Shown in pieces: positions 8,582-16,611 of a stretch of DNA of 64,000 nucleotides. Source of the stretch: Oscillospiraceae bacterium (GTDB lineage Bacteria; Bacillota; Clostridia; Oscillospirales; Ruminococcaceae); assembly GCA_900768245.1 (NCBI GenBank), contig CAAGCE010000241.1:7187-71186 (forward strand), read 5' to 3'. The position numbers and the translations under genes are program-made. The stretch's first letter is position 1. Every line of letters starts with the position of its first letter. The notes under the pieces were generated by a model. It made no database searches. It was not told where the DNA came from and worked only from the letters and a program-made list of their open reading frames with translations.

Positions 8582-9247
8582 ATGAACGGCATAAAATCCG
8601 ACCGATTTATTGAAGAAAATCTGGGGCTTGTTCACTTGTGTGCAAACCGTTTCAGAAACCGAGGGATAGAATACGATGACCTTTTCAGCGCAGGAAGCAT
8701 AGGGCTTATAAAGGCTGCCGACGGTTTTGATACCGAAAGAGGCGTAAAGTTTTCGACCTATGCAGTGCCGGTGATACTGGGAGAAATAAAACGTCTTTTC
8801 CGTGACGGCGGAGCTGTAAAGGTGAGCCGAAGCGTAAGAGAGCTTTCATTGCGGCTTATGCATATGAAAGATGATTTCAGACTTAAAAACGGACGTGATC
8901 CCACGATCAGCGAATTGTGTGAGATCTCCGGTGAAGATACAGACGATGTAATTGAAGCCTTGAATGTAAGTATGCCGCCGTTTTCACTTTCCGATTCAAG
9001 AGATGATGAAGAAGGCGGTCAGATAGATATTGCAGTTGAAGCGCCTGACAGCGAAATGACAGATATTCTTTCGCTGCGGCAGGCTTTATCAATTCTTGAT
9101 GAAAATGACAGACAGCTTCTTTATCTGCGCTACTTTAAGGATATGACACAAAGTGATGTTGCCAAACGGCTTGATATGACACAGGTGCAGGTCTCAAGAC
9201 GTGAAAAAAAGCTTTTAATGAAGCTTAGAGGCTTTTTAAGCGAATAA
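8582..9247 (+). CDS. sigF: Sporulation sigma factor SigF (sigma-70 family)
   Basis: Region 2 (YAVPVILGEIKRLFRD) and region 4 HTH (QSDVAKRLDMTQVQVSRREKK) with spoIIA operon context. Confidence 0.85.
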   Translation: MNGIKSDRFIEENLGLVHLCANRFRNRGIEYDDLFSAGSIGLIKAADGFDTERGVKFSTYAVPVILGEIKRLFRDGGAVKVSRSVRELSLRLMHMKDDFRLKNGRDPTISELCEISGEDTDDVIEALNVSMPPFSLSDSRDDEEGGQIDIAVEAPDSEMTDILSLRQALSILDENDRQLLYLRYFKDMTQSDVAKRLDMTQVQVSRREKKLLMKLRGFLSE

Positions 9248-9318
9248 AGGTCACCTATAAAAACCATAGTGCCTCTGAGGTGCTAAGGCTTTAGCCGGTG
9301 GTTTTTAGAGGTGACCTT
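9247..9318 (+). other. 72-nt palindromic element: 20-bp arms (aaggtcacctataaaaacca / tggtttttagaggtgacctt, 1 mismatch) enclosing 32 nt with two small hairpins; overlaps sigF stop codon; no U-tract
   Basis: Directly read inverted repeat at 9247-9266 and 9299-9318. Confidence 0.55.
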
Positions 9319-9413
9319 AAAATATTCATAGCTTATCACTTTGATTAACATTTTTATTCTATACATTTATTTATGATGTAAAGGTTTTCATTGTTTGCAG
9401 TTTGTACAACTAT

Positions 9414-9447
9414 TGTTGTTTAATAAGTCATTTATCTATGCTATAAT
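9414..9447 (+). promoter_or_regulatory. Putative promoter of GH5 gene with extended -10 (TGcTATAAT), weak -35
   Basis: tgctataat at 9439-9447; no good -35 hexamer. Confidence 0.3.
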
Positions 9448-9482
9448 TACAAAAATTTTAATGATAGTTGGGAGAATGGTTT

Positions 9483-10508
9483 ATGATAAATAAAAAAGCA
9501 TTTGATTTTGTAAAAGAGCTTGGCATAGGGTGGAATGTCGGTAATTCATTTGATGCCGTTAAGAAACACAGCACAGGCAATGACGGCTTAGGATCTGAAA
9601 CAGCATGGAAGAATCCGCCTGTATCAAAAGAGCTTATTGACAGCGTGTGCAAAGAAGGCTTTGATGTGATAAGAATACCTGTTACATGGTCAAATCATTT
9701 TGCTGACGATAATTGTACCATTGACAGCGAGTGGCTTGAACGTGTGGCGGAGATCGTTGACTATACCTATAATAAAGGCGTCAGGGTAATATTGAATACA
9801 CATCACGAGAACTGGATATTTATGTCTGATGAAAATTATCCAAGAGCATCAAAGGCTATGAAGCGTATATGGGAGCAGCTTTGCGAACGCTTTAAAGACT
9901 ACGGCGAAAGGCTTATTTTTGAAGGAATGAACGAGCCGAGAAAAATGGGCTGCCCCGATGAATGGAACGGCGGCGATGCGGAAGCCCGTAATGTTGTAAA
10001 TAAGCTTAATCTGGATTTTGTGGATACAGTCCGCAGCTTTGGCGGCAATAATGCCGAACGTTATCTTATGATAGCAACATACTGCGGCTGCTGCACAGAT
10101 ACTGTAATGCGTGAGCTTGAAATTCCCGATGATAATGGTATAATTGTAACAGTACATTCCTATAAGCCTTGGGGATTTGCTTGTTCTGAGCCTGACAAGC
10201 CTGATTATACTGCTGTTTTTGATATGAATGACCCTGGATTTATGGAATCTCTGGACGAAACCTTTGGCTTTATGAAAAAGTATTGCATTGATAAAAACAT
10301 TCCTGTTATAATAGGTGAGTTCGGTGCTTTAAACAAGGATAATGACAATGAAAGGTTAAAGTATATCGGCTATATGAGAAAAAAATCCGATGAAACAGGT
10401 GTAAAGCTTATATGGTGGGATAATGGCTATCCACATGATTTTGCACTTTTTGACAGAAAAAGCAGTAAGGTAATTCATCAGCAGCTTGTAGATGCCTTAA
10501 CAAAATGA
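9483..10508 (+). CDS. Glycoside hydrolase family 5 (endo-beta-1,4-glucanase/cellulase-like), no signal peptide (cytoplasmic)
   Basis: GWNVGNSFD, IRIPVTW, NTHHENW and catalytic FEGMNEPR motifs of GH5; gggaga RBS 7 nt before ATG 9483 (track ORF starts at an upstream TTG). Confidence 0.8.
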   Translation: MINKKAFDFVKELGIGWNVGNSFDAVKKHSTGNDGLGSETAWKNPPVSKELIDSVCKEGFDVIRIPVTWSNHFADDNCTIDSEWLERVAEIVDYTYNKGVRVILNTHHENWIFMSDENYPRASKAMKRIWEQLCERFKDYGERLIFEGMNEPRKMGCPDEWNGGDAEARNVVNKLNLDFVDTVRSFGGNNAERYLMIATYCGCCTDTVMRELEIPDDNGIIVTVHSYKPWGFACSEPDKPDYTAVFDMNDPGFMESLDETFGFMKKYCIDKNIPVIIGEFGALNKDNDNERLKYIGYMRKKSDETGVKLIWWDNGYPHDFALFDRKSSKVIHQQLVDALTK

Positions 10509-10583
10509 TACGGTATATCCTGCATAAAATTGAATAATACATACGCTTATAAGCGTTTTTGCGTTAAGGAAAGGAGCAGCATT

Positions 10584-11054
10584 ATGAAAATGAAAGATAC
10601 CTGTAAAAAGTTTTTGGAGCTGTTAAAGGACGATATTACGGATTCATTTTATGATGATGACGGCGGTGATTATGTAGAGCTTTATATTGAAAATCCCGAT
10701 AATGAGGATCTGAATTTGCAGATCGAAATAGACAGCGAATATTTCGGATTGTCCTATCGCAGCTATGATGAAACATACAGCTATGATGAACATTCAGAGG
10801 AAAATATCATTCTTTTAGCTGATAAAATACACAAAATAATCAGCGGTGAGCTTTGTATGATAACATTATACCGTGAAAATAGAGGCTGGAGCGTTGATAT
10901 TCTTGAAGAAACGTCAAAGGTAAATGACAGCTGTCTTGAAAAATTTGTTGCAGATGTAACGGACGACGGTGACAACGGCTATATCGAAGTTGTTATATGG
11001 GGCGAAAGTGATTATGACAGCTATGATTTTGATGATAAACAGCTTGTAAAATAG
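10584..11054 (+). CDS. Highly acidic hypothetical protein (D/E/Y-rich, ~157 aa)
   Basis: ORF with aaggaaaggag RBS before ATGaaaATG; strongly negative composition; no recognisable family. Confidence 0.45.
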   Translation: MKMKDTCKKFLELLKDDITDSFYDDDGGDYVELYIENPDNEDLNLQIEIDSEYFGLSYRSYDETYSYDEHSEENIILLADKIHKIISGELCMITLYRENRGWSVDILEETSKVNDSCLEKFVADVTDDGDNGYIEVVIWGESDYDSYDFDDKQLVK

Positions 11055-11063
11055 TTTTTTATG

Positions 11064-11097
11064 CAAAGCCGGTATGAAATTATCGGCTTTGCTTTTT
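11064..11097 (+). terminator. Rho-independent terminator (caaagccg...cggctttg + TTTTT)
   Basis: 8-bp GC-containing stem, 12-nt loop, T-run. Confidence 0.65.
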
Positions 11098-11167
11098 GTA
11101 ATAAAAGTGCATAAATATCCGAAACCTATTCAATAATATGTTTAACCTGCCAAAAGTAAAAAAAGGT

Positions 11168-11196
11168 GTTGACAAACTATGTTTACTCTGGTATAA
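11168..11196 (+). promoter_or_regulatory. Sigma-A promoter TTGACA-17-TATAAT for tRNA-Lys
   Basis: Consensus hexamers at 11168-11173 and 11191-11196. Confidence 0.6.
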
Positions 11197-11247
11197 TAAA
11201 TAAGCGTTGTGAGTACTGAGAAACAAATTTACTTAGTGTCTCGTGAC

Positions 11248-11323
11248 GAGCTATTAGCTCAGTCGGCAGAGCATTTGACTTTTAATCAAAGGGTCTGGGG
11301 TTCAAATCCCCAATAGCTCACCA
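11248..11323 (+). tRNA. tRNA-Lys (anticodon UUU), CCA encoded
   Basis: Cloverleaf folded by eye: acceptor GAGCUAU/AUAGCUC, D-arm GCUC-AGUCGGCA-GAGC, anticodon stem UUUGA/UCAAA with loop CUUUUAA, T-arm UGGGG-UUCAAAU-CCCCA, 3' ACCA. Confidence 0.9.
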
Positions 11324-11325
11324 AG

Positions 11326-11375
11326 AAAACCTCTTAAATTGCGTTTATACGTTGTTTAAGAGGTTTTTGCTTTTA
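11326..11375 (+). terminator. Terminator after tRNA-Lys (aacctcttaaa...tttaagaggtt + TTTTgcTTTT)
   Basis: 11-bp inverted repeat followed by T-rich tract. Confidence 0.6.
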
Positions 11376-11386
11376 AGGAGGTTTTT

Positions 11387-12034
11387 ATGCAGCATTTTAA
11401 GTATATATTTTTTGATTTGGACGGTACTATATTCAATTCCGAAGCAGGCATAAGTAAATCGGTAAAATATGCCCTAAGTAAGTTCGGAATAGATGAAAAT
11501 GATGAAAACAAGCTTAAAGCCTTCATAGGACCGCCGCTTAAAGATTCGTTTATGAAATATTACGGTTTTTCCGAGCAGCAGGCAAGGGACGCTATAAAAT
11601 TTTATCGTGAATATTATTCGGTCAAAGGCATTTTTGAGGGACACATATATAATAATGTTGAAAAAATACTGGCATATATTAATGAAAGGGGCAAAAAGGC
11701 TGTTCTTGCTACTTCCAAACCTAAATTTTTTGCCGAGCAGATAATTGAACACTTGGGACTTACAAAGTATTTTGATTTTATATCAGGTGCAACGCTTGAT
11801 GAAACTGTCACAGGAAAATATGAGGTCATTAAAATCGCAATTGATGAAGAAAAAATTGATGACCTGTCAAGTATTTTAATGGTAGGCGACAGACTGCACG
11901 ACGTTGAGGGTGCAAAAAAAGCAGGGATAAAGTGTGTCGGGGTTTTGTATGGCTTCGGTTCTGAATCGGAGCTTCGTGAGGCGGGTGCCGATCATATTAT
12001 TTCAGATGCGTTTGAACTTGCGGATATAATTTAG
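11387..12034 (+). CDS. HAD-IA family hydrolase (phosphatase)
   Basis: FDLDGTIFNS motif I, S/T motif II, K..GDRLHD motif III-IV; aaggagg RBS. Confidence 0.75.
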   Translation: MQHFKYIFFDLDGTIFNSEAGISKSVKYALSKFGIDENDENKLKAFIGPPLKDSFMKYYGFSEQQARDAIKFYREYYSVKGIFEGHIYNNVEKILAYINERGKKAVLATSKPKFFAEQIIEHLGLTKYFDFISGATLDETVTGKYEVIKIAIDEEKIDDLSSILMVGDRLHDVEGAKKAGIKCVGVLYGFGSESELREAGADHIISDAFELADII

Positions 12035-12693
12035 TTCAGCTTGGGATTTTTGCATTTAATATTGTATGCTGCCGAATATACCGAACATCGGTTTTTCCCA
12101 AGCTGCTTTGAATGATACAAGGCTATATCGGCATACTCATAAAGCTTCATAAAATCTCTTGAATCGGAGGGATAGCAGCTTATTCCTATGCTGCATGAAA
12201 CATTGCTGCAAATATCACCGATGCATATCTTCCTGAATGTGCAGCTTATGGTATTGGCAATTCGGATAACATCACTCAGCAGAGAATTTTTTACAAGTAT
12301 CATAAATTCATCTCCGCCCACACGTCCGATAATGTTATTGTTTTTTCCGCATATTGAGTGAAGCTTTGCCGCAAATTCACAAATAACATTATCCCCGAAA
12401 ATATGTCCGTTGTTATCATTTACGCTTTTAAAATTATCAATGTCTATTAGCATAAGTGCATGAGCACCGTTTTTTCCCTCCTTTGAAAGGTAGTCTTTTA
12501 TTTTGACTTCTGTTGCGGTTTTATGCAGAAGCTTTGTCTGGGCGTCCTGCTTTGAAACACGGGAAAGAGTTTTTACAGTTTCATTAAGCTGACCGATAAT
12601 GTCAATGAGCTGCTCTTTGTCCAGCTCATTCAGCTTTGAAGATATGGCAGTACAGTATTCAAAATCATCTGTATATATATCGTTAATGTTCAA
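12031..12693 (-). CDS. Diguanylate cyclase, stand-alone GGDEF domain with short coiled-coil N-terminus
   Basis: ALMLIDIDNFKSVNDNNGH and RVGGDEFMIL motifs; TTG start with ggggga RBS; stop overlaps the HAD gene stop on the opposite strand. Confidence 0.85.
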   Translation of the reverse strand: MNINDIYTDDFEYCTAISSKLNELDKEQLIDIIGQLNETVKTLSRVSKQDAQTKLLHKTATEVKIKDYLSKEGKNGAHALMLIDIDNFKSVNDNNGHIFGDNVICEFAAKLHSICGKNNNIIGRVGGDEFMILVKNSLLSDVIRIANTISCTFRKICIGDICSNVSCSIGISCYPSDSRDFMKLYEYADIALYHSKQLGKNRCSVYSAAYNIKCKNPKLN

Positions 12694-12717
12694 TTTTGTT
12701 TCCCCCTGTAAAAGATA

Positions 12718-12746
12718 TTGACTTTATACATTATATGCTTTATAAT
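12718..12746 (+). promoter_or_regulatory. Sigma-A promoter TTGACT-17-TATAAT for GH74-like lipoprotein gene (divergent from GGDEF gene)
   Basis: Hexamers at 12718-12723 and 12741-12746. Confidence 0.5.
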
Positions 12747-12784
12747 TGTTTGTATATAATAATATTTATTTAGGAGTAATTGAG

Positions 12785-15028
12785 ATGTTAAAAAAAATTA
12801 CATTAAAAAGGTCAATAGCTGCATTTGCTGCGGCTGCAATGTGTTTTGCAGTCCTCACAGGCTGCAATGACAAAACAAGTGAACCTGATGTGACTGACTC
12901 AGCTGTAAGCGAAAGCTCAGAAACTGCTGAAGCAGAAGCATCGGCTATGGTCAATACAGAATGGTCATACGGACAGGTAGCTATCGGCGGCGGCGGATTT
13001 GTCACAGGCGTGTACAGTACTTGCGAGGAAAACGTTTACTATGCAAAAACTGACGTAGGCGGCGCATATGTATGGTCAGAGGACGAACAGATGTGGAAGT
13101 CACTCAGCTACTGGGTCTCTGATGAAGACAAAGGACTTCTTGGAATTGACGGACTTGCTGTTGACCCTAACGACGCTTCAAAGGTGTATATGCTTGCGGG
13201 AACAGAGTATTTCAGCGGCGGCAAAACTGTTTTTCTCAAGTCAGATGATTATGGCGCAACCTTTACTCAGGTGGAGCTTACCGATATGATAAAGGTCCAC
13301 GGCAACGGTATGGGTCGTGGAAACGGTGAGCGTATCGCAGTCGACCCTAATAACGGCGATGTTATTTTTGCAGGCGGAAGAACAGGCGGTATGATAAAAA
13401 GCACAGACGGCGGTCTTACATGGACAGCTGTTGAAAGCTTCCCTGTAACCAAAACTGCAAACGCAAATGGTATCAATATAATAGTATTTGACCCATCAAG
13501 CGAAAAAGACGGAGTTTCACAGCGCATCTATGCAGCTGTTTCACAGAAAAAGACAGATGACGGCAACCTCTTTGTTTCGGAAGACGGTGGTGAAACATGG
13601 TCTGTTCTTGAAAATGCTTATAATGATGCAATGCCGCAGAGAATGAAGCTCGATTCAAACAATAATCTTTATGTTACATATGCAAATAACGAAGGACCTT
13701 GGAATGCAGCTATGGGTACTGTAATAAAGTATAATGCTGCCGATAAGTCTGCTGAAAATATTGCTCCTTCAACACAGTCATTCGGTGATATTGTAATTGA
13801 CCCGACTGATGAAAACCGTATGCTTCTCGTTACAACACAGATGTGGACAGAGCAGCCTAATGGTGCATTCGGTGATATATTCTATGTTACGACCGACGGC
13901 GGAAAGACATGGACAAATATCCTTGACAAGATGACAATGTCAACGAACGGTATGCCTTGGATAGAAGATTGTGCGATCCATTGGTGCAGCAGCCTTCTTA
14001 TCGATCCGTTTGATCCTAATGAAATAATGGTAAACTCAGGCAACGGTATCTTTGCCTGCGACAATATCTGGGACGAAAATCCTGAATTCTACTTTAATTC
14101 AAGAGGTATTGAAGAAACTGTACCTGAGGATATTGTAACAATGAAGGATTATCCTCTTATTTCAGCAGTAGGAGATTACGACGGTTTTGTTCATGAGGAT
14201 ATTTTCACTCCGGCAGAACGTTTGCAGGATAAGATAGGTTCAACAACAAGCATAGCAATTGCCGCTCAGAACAGAGATTACTGGGCAAAGGTAGGCGGAA
14301 GTGACAGCGAATTCAAGCTTACATACTCTACTGACGCAGGCAAAACATGGAACTTTATTCAGAATTCACCTGAAGCAGGCAATATACTTTACAGAGGAAA
14401 GCTTGCATTCACAGCAGACGGCTCACGTCTTATCTGGAGCTCCGAAAACGGATTGAAAACATACTATACAGAAGACTGGGGCGAAACATGGACACAGTCC
14501 ACAGGTATTGTCGGAAGCAATGTTTACCTTATCGGCGACCCTGAAAACAGCGACTATGTTTACGGCTGCGGAAACGGTGTAGTATATTTAAGCTCTGACG
14601 GAGGAAAGTCCTTTACAAGAATGGCACTTGTAAGTCCGAGCTTTGACAGACTTTGTGTTGTTCCCGGTGAAGAGGGTACATTCTATATTCCCGGCGGTGC
14701 AGGTCTTTATAAGGCAACGAACCACGGCGAAGATGTTGAGCTTGTGAAAAAAATAAAATACTGTGAAGCAGTAGGACTTGGCAAGGCTAAAAACGATGGC
14801 GACCCATACGTTATCTATGTTTACGGCACACCGACCGACACAGATGTCAAGGGCATATATATGTCAGAGGACAACGGTGAAACATGGTCAAGAGTAAATG
14901 ATGACCTTCACCGATTCGGCGGAACAGGCAACGGCGTATTTGTCAGCGGTGATATGAACGAATACGGCAGATGCTATATGAGTACAGTAGGTCTTGGAAT
15001 TATCTATTGCGACAAAAACGACAAATAA
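12785..15028 (+). CDS. BNR/Asp-box repeat lipoprotein, GH74-like (xyloglucanase/sortilin-type double beta-propeller)
   Basis: Lipoprotein signal (AVLTGC); at least 8 S/T-x-D-G-G-x-T-W/F repeats (STDGGLTWT, SEDGGETWS, TTDGGKTWT, STDAGKTWN, TEDWGETWT, SSDGGKSFT, SEDNGETWS) over ~740 aa as in GH74. Confidence 0.6.
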   Translation: MLKKITLKRSIAAFAAAAMCFAVLTGCNDKTSEPDVTDSAVSESSETAEAEASAMVNTEWSYGQVAIGGGGFVTGVYSTCEENVYYAKTDVGGAYVWSEDEQMWKSLSYWVSDEDKGLLGIDGLAVDPNDASKVYMLAGTEYFSGGKTVFLKSDDYGATFTQVELTDMIKVHGNGMGRGNGERIAVDPNNGDVIFAGGRTGGMIKSTDGGLTWTAVESFPVTKTANANGINIIVFDPSSEKDGVSQRIYAAVSQKKTDDGNLFVSEDGGETWSVLENAYNDAMPQRMKLDSNNNLYVTYANNEGPWNAAMGTVIKYNAADKSAENIAPSTQSFGDIVIDPTDENRMLLVTTQMWTEQPNGAFGDIFYVTTDGGKTWTNILDKMTMSTNGMPWIEDCAIHWCSSLLIDPFDPNEIMVNSGNGIFACDNIWDENPEFYFNSRGIEETVPEDIVTMKDYPLISAVGDYDGFVHEDIFTPAERLQDKIGSTTSIAIAAQNRDYWAKVGGSDSEFKLTYSTDAGKTWNFIQNSPEAGNILYRGKLAFTADGSRLIWSSENGLKTYYTEDWGETWTQSTGIVGSNVYLIGDPENSDYVYGCGNGVVYLSSDGGKSFTRMALVSPSFDRLCVVPGEEGTFYIPGGAGLYKATNHGEDVELVKKIKYCEAVGLGKAKNDGDPYVIYVYGTPTDTDVKGIYMSEDNGETWSRVNDDLHRFGGTGNGVFVSGDMNEYGRCYMSTVGLGIIYCDKNDK

Positions 15029-15039
15029 TATACAAAGGG

Positions 15040-15075
15040 CACATCGAAAGGTGTGTCCTTTTGTTTTAAATGACA
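15040..15075 (+). terminator. Terminator (gggcaca...tgtgtcc + TTTTgTTTT)
   Basis: 7-bp stem with U-tract right after stop. Confidence 0.5.
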
Positions 15076-15103
15076 AATTTTGCGGATAAATGTTCTTAGT
15101 GGT

Positions 15104-15131
15104 TTGAAAAAGCAGAAAAATATGATATAAT
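15104..15131 (+). promoter_or_regulatory. Sigma-A promoter TTGAAA-16-TATAAT
   Basis: Hexamers at 15104-15109 and 15126-15131. Confidence 0.5.
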
Positions 15132-15207
15132 TTTAAGACAGATATAATATAATATATTTTCTGACTGAGCTTTGGAATTTCAAAGCTTAAAAAGGAATGG
15201 TCTTAAA

Positions 15208-16461
15208 ATGAAAAACAGCTACAAAAATTATGAAAAGGAACAGCTTATCAGCATAATTATAATTGTTGTTTCGCTGTTGGTTTTTGGCGGCTTTATAGTG
15301 TATTTTCTTGTGCTGGGAGGAAATAATGATACAGTCAAAACCGAAACGATGCCTAATATAGTCGGATATAGCCTTAACGACGTCGAGGGCTGTTACAGCA
15401 GGTTTTTTACCCTTGATGTTGAGGAAGAGTATTCCGATTATGACAGCGGAGTGATCTTATCACAGAGCATTGCGGAAAATGAAAGCTATGTCCCGGGTGA
15501 TACGGTTGTAAAGGTCGTTGTAAGTGCAGGAAAAAAGCCGCAGGAAACTGCTGCCGTGACCGAAGAAACAACTACCGCCGCAGCAGAGCCTGAAAGGGTT
15601 CTTGAAACAGGTCTTATAGTGGAAAATCCCACAATGGAATTTGAATATATGTCGCAGGGCGAGGCTCTCAGCGTGTCAACAATAGGTGTTGACACGGATA
15701 AAGAAGAAATGAGCGCAGCACTTGACGAGCTTTACAGAGTCCTCGTAAAAAGGGGAGGGGACGCAGGATTTTTGTATGTTGACCTTGAAAGCGGCGCAAG
15801 CGTTGAGTATAATGCCGATGAAAAGTTTTCGTCAGGAAGCATTATAAAAGCACCCTATGCAAGAGCGGTCCTCGGTCAGGAAAAGGACCTTGAAAAAAGC
15901 TTTGAAATGACAGAGGATATGCTTAATTCACAGTATGAGCTTATTGACGATAAGCCTGTCGGAACGGAGTTCACGATAGAAGAGCTTGTGAATGCGGCTA
16001 TAACCAAAAGTGACAATACGGCATATAAAATGCTTTATAATTATGTTGGTTACGATTGCTTCAATGAGCTTGCCGAAACCTTAAACCTTCCGCAGCAGAT
16101 GACCGACGATAATTATTGGTTCAGACTAACAGCCCGTCAGACCGCAATTTATTTTAAAGATATATACTATTTTAATGAAGAGCATCAGAACGGAGCATTT
16201 CTCCGCAAATGCCTTGAAAACACTGAGAGCAACGACCTTTTTGCAGATGAGCTTACGGAATATGAGGTATGTGAAAAGTACGGCTATCTGCCGCAGGAAG
16301 ATTTCTATACCCTTGGCGATGCGGCAGTAGTTTATGCTGATTCGCCGTATATCCTCGTTGCATATGTCAGGGGTACAGGTTCAACTCTTAACACGCAATT
16401 TTTCCATGATACCGCAAGATGTGCGGATAATATTCACAAGCTTCTGCATAGTGAGGATTAA
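15208..16461 (+). CDS. Membrane-anchored PASTA-domain protein fused to class-A beta-lactamase-fold serine hydrolase domain
   Basis: N-terminal TM; PASTA-like block MPNIVGYSLNDVEG...VVKVVVSAG; then SxxK (SGSIIKAP) and SDN (KSDNTAYK) motifs of penicillin-recognising serine enzymes. Confidence 0.6.
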   Translation: MKNSYKNYEKEQLISIIIIVVSLLVFGGFIVYFLVLGGNNDTVKTETMPNIVGYSLNDVEGCYSRFFTLDVEEEYSDYDSGVILSQSIAENESYVPGDTVVKVVVSAGKKPQETAAVTEETTTAAAEPERVLETGLIVENPTMEFEYMSQGEALSVSTIGVDTDKEEMSAALDELYRVLVKRGGDAGFLYVDLESGASVEYNADEKFSSGSIIKAPYARAVLGQEKDLEKSFEMTEDMLNSQYELIDDKPVGTEFTIEELVNAAITKSDNTAYKMLYNYVGYDCFNELAETLNLPQQMTDDNYWFRLTARQTAIYFKDIYYFNEEHQNGAFLRKCLENTESNDLFADELTEYEVCEKYGYLPQEDFYTLGDAAVVYADSPYILVAYVRGTGSTLNTQFFHDTARCADNIHKLLHSED

Positions 16462-16468
16462 CAGATCG

Positions 16469-16510
16469 GACTGCTGCATTTTATATTGCGGCAGTCCTTT
16501 TATTTTTTAT
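16469..16510 (+). terminator. Rho-independent terminator (ggactgctgc...gcggcagtcc + TTTTaTTTTTT)
   Basis: 10-bp stem (1 mismatch) with long T-tract. Confidence 0.6.
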
Positions 16511-16566
16511 TTGGGGCGGCGGCATTAAGCTTGCTGCGATTTCGGGGATTGCAAGCCGCCGCGGTC
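16505..16566 (+). repeat. Palindromic intergenic element copy B1 (GGCGGCGGCATT-28 nt-GCCGCCGCGGTC), + orientation
   Basis: 12-mers at 16515-16526 and 16555-16566, preceded by T-tract; same family as 3991-4056. Confidence 0.55.
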
Positions 16567-16611
16567 GTTACTGCCCTGCGTGACCGGACATAAAAGTCCC
16601 GACAATGTTTC

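Noticed and set aside
11101-11386. Genomic island / prophage integrated at tRNA-Lys
   Set aside because: No integrase, excisionase, direct repeat of the tRNA 3' end or phage-like genes anywhere nearby; neighbouring genes are ordinary metabolic or accessory genes.
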